Source: Elusimicrobiota bacterium (GTDB taxonomy: Bacteria; Elusimicrobiota; Elusimicrobia; F11). From it: a stretch of 30,619 nt of DNA. The stretch's first letter is position 1. Every line of letters starts with the position of its first letter. The notes beneath the pieces are model-generated. The model did no database searches and had not been told where the DNA came from. It saw only the letters and a list, made by a program, of their open reading frames with translations. Of this stretch, positions 28,052 to 30,619 are shown in pieces. The stretch is from assembly GCA_046153645.1 (NCBI GenBank), contig JBJXGI010000045.1:1-30619 (forward strand). The letters run 5' to 3'. The translations under genes and the position numbers were made by a program.

Positions 28052-29302
28052 TTATTTTGCATGCGTTGGATAAAGAGGAAATTTACGGCAAAGTTTTGAA
28101 ATCTCACCATGAATCAATTTTAAACCTTTATCATCATTTCTATGATCAAGAGCTTTATTAATCCAACTGGCAATGAGTACCATCTCTTTTTTCTTCATAC
28201 CACGCGTTGTTACTGCTGGAGTTCCTAAACGAATACCAGAAGCGATGAATGGTTTTTGCGGATCAAATGGAATTGTGTTTTTATTGGTGGTGATACCGGC
28301 TTTTCCAAGAGCTAATTCTGCTTCTTTTCCTGTAATATTTTTAGATCTCAAATCAACTAAAAACATATGACAATCTGTACCACCAGTTACAATACGCAAA
28401 CCACTCTTGGATAATTCTGCAGCCAAAACCTTAGCATTCTCCATAACTTGTGTCTGATACTTTTTAAAAGCTGGTTTTAATGCTTCACCAAAGGCCACTG
28501 CCTTAGCAGCAATCACATGCATAAGAGGACCGCCTTGATCCCCGGGGAAAAGCGCTCGATCAATGTCAGCTGCATATTTTTGTTTACACAGGATAAGACC
28601 GCCTCGAGGACCTCTCAATGTTTTGTGCGTGGTCGTAGTAACAATGTCTGCGTAGGGAACAGGAGAAGGGTAAAGACCCGCAACAATAAGCCCCGCATAA
28701 TGAGCAACATCAGCCATCAAAATAGCGCCCACTTCATCAGCCACTTTTCGGAAATAAGCCCAATCAAATACTCTCGAGTAGGCCGATGCGCCAATGCACA
28801 TAAGTTTAGGTTTTTTTTCTAAAGCTAAACTACGAACAGAATCGTAATCAATTAATTCGGTTTTATCTAAAACACCAAAACCAACAATATTAAAATACTT
28901 TCCTGAAAAATTGAGCGGGTGCCCGTGAGACAAATGACCGCCGTGCGCCAATTGGAGCCCCATCATTGTGTCACCTGGATTTAAAAAAGTCATAAGAACA
29001 GCAATATTAGCTTGTGTTCCTGAATGAGGTTGAACGTTGGCATGTTCTGCTTTGAATAATTTTTTGGCTCTTTCAATAGCCAAGCTTTCAACAACGTCCA
29101 CATTTTCACAACCACCGTAATATCGTTTACCAGGATAACCTTCGGCATACTTGTTGGTCATCACACAACCCTGCGCTTCCATGACAGCTTCAGAGGTGAA
29201 GTTTTCTGAAGCAATAAGCTCTAAACCTTCTTGCTGCCGATGAACTTCTTTTAAAATAGCCTTATAAACAACATTGTCTTGTTTTTTAATTTTTCCGTAC
29301 AT
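28052..29302 (-). CDS. glyA: Serine hydroxymethyltransferase
   Basis: [75 protein letters not shown]. Confidence 0.99.
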   Translation of the reverse strand: MYGKIKKQDNVVYKAILKEVHRQQEGLELIASENFTSEAVMEAQGCVMTNKYAEGYPGKRYYGGCENVDVVESLAIERAKKLFKAEHANVQPHSGTQANIAVLMTFLNPGDTMMGLQLAHGGHLSHGHPLNFSGKYFNIVGFGVLDKTELIDYDSVRSLALEKKPKLMCIGASAYSRVFDWAYFRKVADEVGAILMADVAHYAGLIVAGLYPSPVPYADIVTTTTHKTLRGPRGGLILCKQKYAADIDRALFPGDQGGPLMHVIAAKAVAFGEALKPAFKKYQTQVMENAKVLAAELSKSGLRIVTGGTDCHMFLVDLRSKNITGKEAELALGKAGITTNKNTIPFDPQKPFIASGIRLGTPAVTTRGMKKKEMVLIASWINKALDHRNDDKGLKLIHGEISKLCRKFPLYPTHAK

Positions 29303-29340
29303 AAATGACTCCTGTTATCATTATCTCCAAATGTTGATGA

Positions 29341-30009
29341 CTACTTTAATCCCAAACCATCCATGAGTTCTTTTTTTGAAATAGCACCCTCACGTATTAA
29401 AGAAAACGGATATCGGCGGACATCAACAACAGAGGACTCTCTTAATTTTGGACAAGTGCCCCCATCAATAATGACGTCTACCCGACCCCGAAATAAATCA
29501 ATCGCCGCTTGTGACTGAACAATCGATTCTTCGCCCGAACGATTCGCGCTGGTCGCGGCCAATGGCAACTCAAAAGCAGAAATCAAATCAAGATTGAATT
29601 TGTAATCTGGAAATCGAACCGCAATACTATCTCTACCCGCGGTAGCAAACAAAGCTTGTTTTGCTGTTTCAAAAACCAAAGTCATTCCTCCGGGCCAAAA
29701 TTTTTTCATTAACTGATAAGCCTCAGGCAAAACCTGTTCAGCAACCAACGGCAAATGATTTAAGTTTCCCAACAAAATAGGAAGAGGTTTTTTATAATCT
29801 CTTCCTTTGAGCTCATAAATTTTCTTAATGGCTTCAGGGTTAAAAGGGTGACAAACAATTCCGTACACCGTATCTGTGGGCATCACAATAATCCCACCTC
29901 TATTTAAAACCTGAACGCAATATTCAAACTCCGCTCGGGTAAGCCTTTCATCTTTTAAAGAAAAGATAACACTTTGGTGCAACTGATTTAACTCACAAGC
30001 AACTGACAT
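29341..30009 (-). CDS. tsaC: L-threonylcarbamoyladenylate synthase (TsaC/YrdC/Sua5 family, single domain)
   Basis: PTDTVYG, IYELKGR...KPL, FWPGGMT, IAVRFP, PLAATSANRSG, IREGAI. Confidence 0.95.
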   Translation of the reverse strand: MSVACELNQLHQSVIFSLKDERLTRAEFEYCVQVLNRGGIIVMPTDTVYGIVCHPFNPEAIKKIYELKGRDYKKPLPILLGNLNHLPLVAEQVLPEAYQLMKKFWPGGMTLVFETAKQALFATAGRDSIAVRFPDYKFNLDLISAFELPLAATSANRSGEESIVQSQAAIDLFRGRVDVIIDGGTCPKLRESSVVDVRRYPFSLIREGAISKKELMDGLGLK

Positions 30010-30023
30010 AAAAACATGAACTG

Positions 30024-30619
30024 TTAAGTTCTATATCCAGCATTGATTCCAACGTATTGGCCGGTGAAATCACAGGTTTTATAATGGGACCATTTATTTC
30101 CTAAGCCTAAGTGAACTCGAATAACAATTTTTTTATTTTTCATGTAACGAATTCCTTGTTGTTCATCAAAAGGTTTCTCCATTCCATGTTCACACACCAA
30201 CAAATCACCAAGCCAAATTTTTACTTTAGACGGTTCAAATTTAACGCCAGATCGACCCATCGCTGCCAATATCCGACCCCAATTTGGATCGGCACCATGA
30301 CAAGCAGTCTTAACCAATGGCGAAGAAGCAATAACAGCTGCCATCTGACGAGCCGATTGCTCACTTCGAGCGCCTTCAACAAAAATTTGAACCAGGCGAG
30401 AAGCCCCCTCTCCATCCAAAGCGATTTGTGTGGTTAATTTTTCACAAATCTCATGAAGAGCAGAACGGAAAGTGTTGTAATGTTTTCCCTGAAAAGATGA
30501 GATTTCAGGGGCCTTCGAGGCTCCATTTGAAATCACACAAATAAAATCATTTGTTGAGGTATCTCCGTCAACACTAACGCAATTAAAAGTTTTGTCGGCC
30601 ACCCACTCTAAGGCTCTTT
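30024..30619 (-). CDS. argJ: Bifunctional ornithine acetyltransferase/N-acetylglutamate synthase, C-terminal part (5'-truncated by window edge)
   Basis: TFNCVSVDGDTSTND, DGEGA, SSPLVKTA.HGADPNWGRI, TCD...YV.INA.YRT. The frame stays open to the window end (..RALEWVADK). Confidence 0.97.
   Translation of the reverse strand, partial: RALEWVADKTFNCVSVDGDTSTNDFICVISNGASKAPEISSFQGKHYNTFRSALHEICEKLTTQIALDGEGASRLVQIFVEGARSEQSARQMAAVIASSPLVKTACHGADPNWGRILAAMGRSGVKFEPSKVKIWLGDLLVCEHGMEKPFDEQQGIRYMKNKKIVIRVHLGLGNKWSHYKTCDFTGQYVGINAGYRT

Noticed and set aside
29303..29340. Folate/ZTP-type riboswitch upstream of glyA (or folD)
   Set aside because: The intergenic gaps (38 bp and 15 bp) are too short and show no aptamer consensus.
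20811..30437. Small ORFs overlapping folD, the kinase, GH, yajQ, rnhA, glyA and argJ
   Set aside because: They lie within or antisense to well-supported genes and have no independent coding signal.

Overview
Bacterial DNA (standard genetic code) with every credible gene on the minus strand. Bases ~20.5-30.6 kb are a tightly packed housekeeping run. In transcription order it holds argJ (partial), tsaC, glyA, a WecA/TagO-type transferase, wecB, DUF3467, RNase HI, an HTH-nucleotidyltransferase/HEPN toxin-antitoxin-like pair with tandem operators, yajQ, a TIM-barrel glycoside hydrolase-like protein, a diacylglycerol-kinase-family protein and folD. Bases 1-19045 are a single uninterrupted reading frame that the ORF track missed because it runs off the window edge. 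It encodes a secreted giant protein of at least 6,348 aa: a signal peptide, two ~430-aa Trp-rich beta-propeller-like units, then about 43 degenerate ~127-aa Ig-like repeats with signs of a 16-domain super-repeat. The most interesting structure is upstream of this gene. A candidate promoter precedes a ~170-aa signal-peptide-bearing leader ORF whose stop codon sits at the base of a 15-bp RNA stem. That stem hides the Shine-Dalgarno of a HEAT-repeat gene, which in turn overlaps the giant gene by ATGA. The layout resembles SecM/secA-type translational control applied to a giant surface protein; the function is inferred, not shown. The style of the giant protein suggests Elusimicrobiota or a similar lineage, but that is only an impression.
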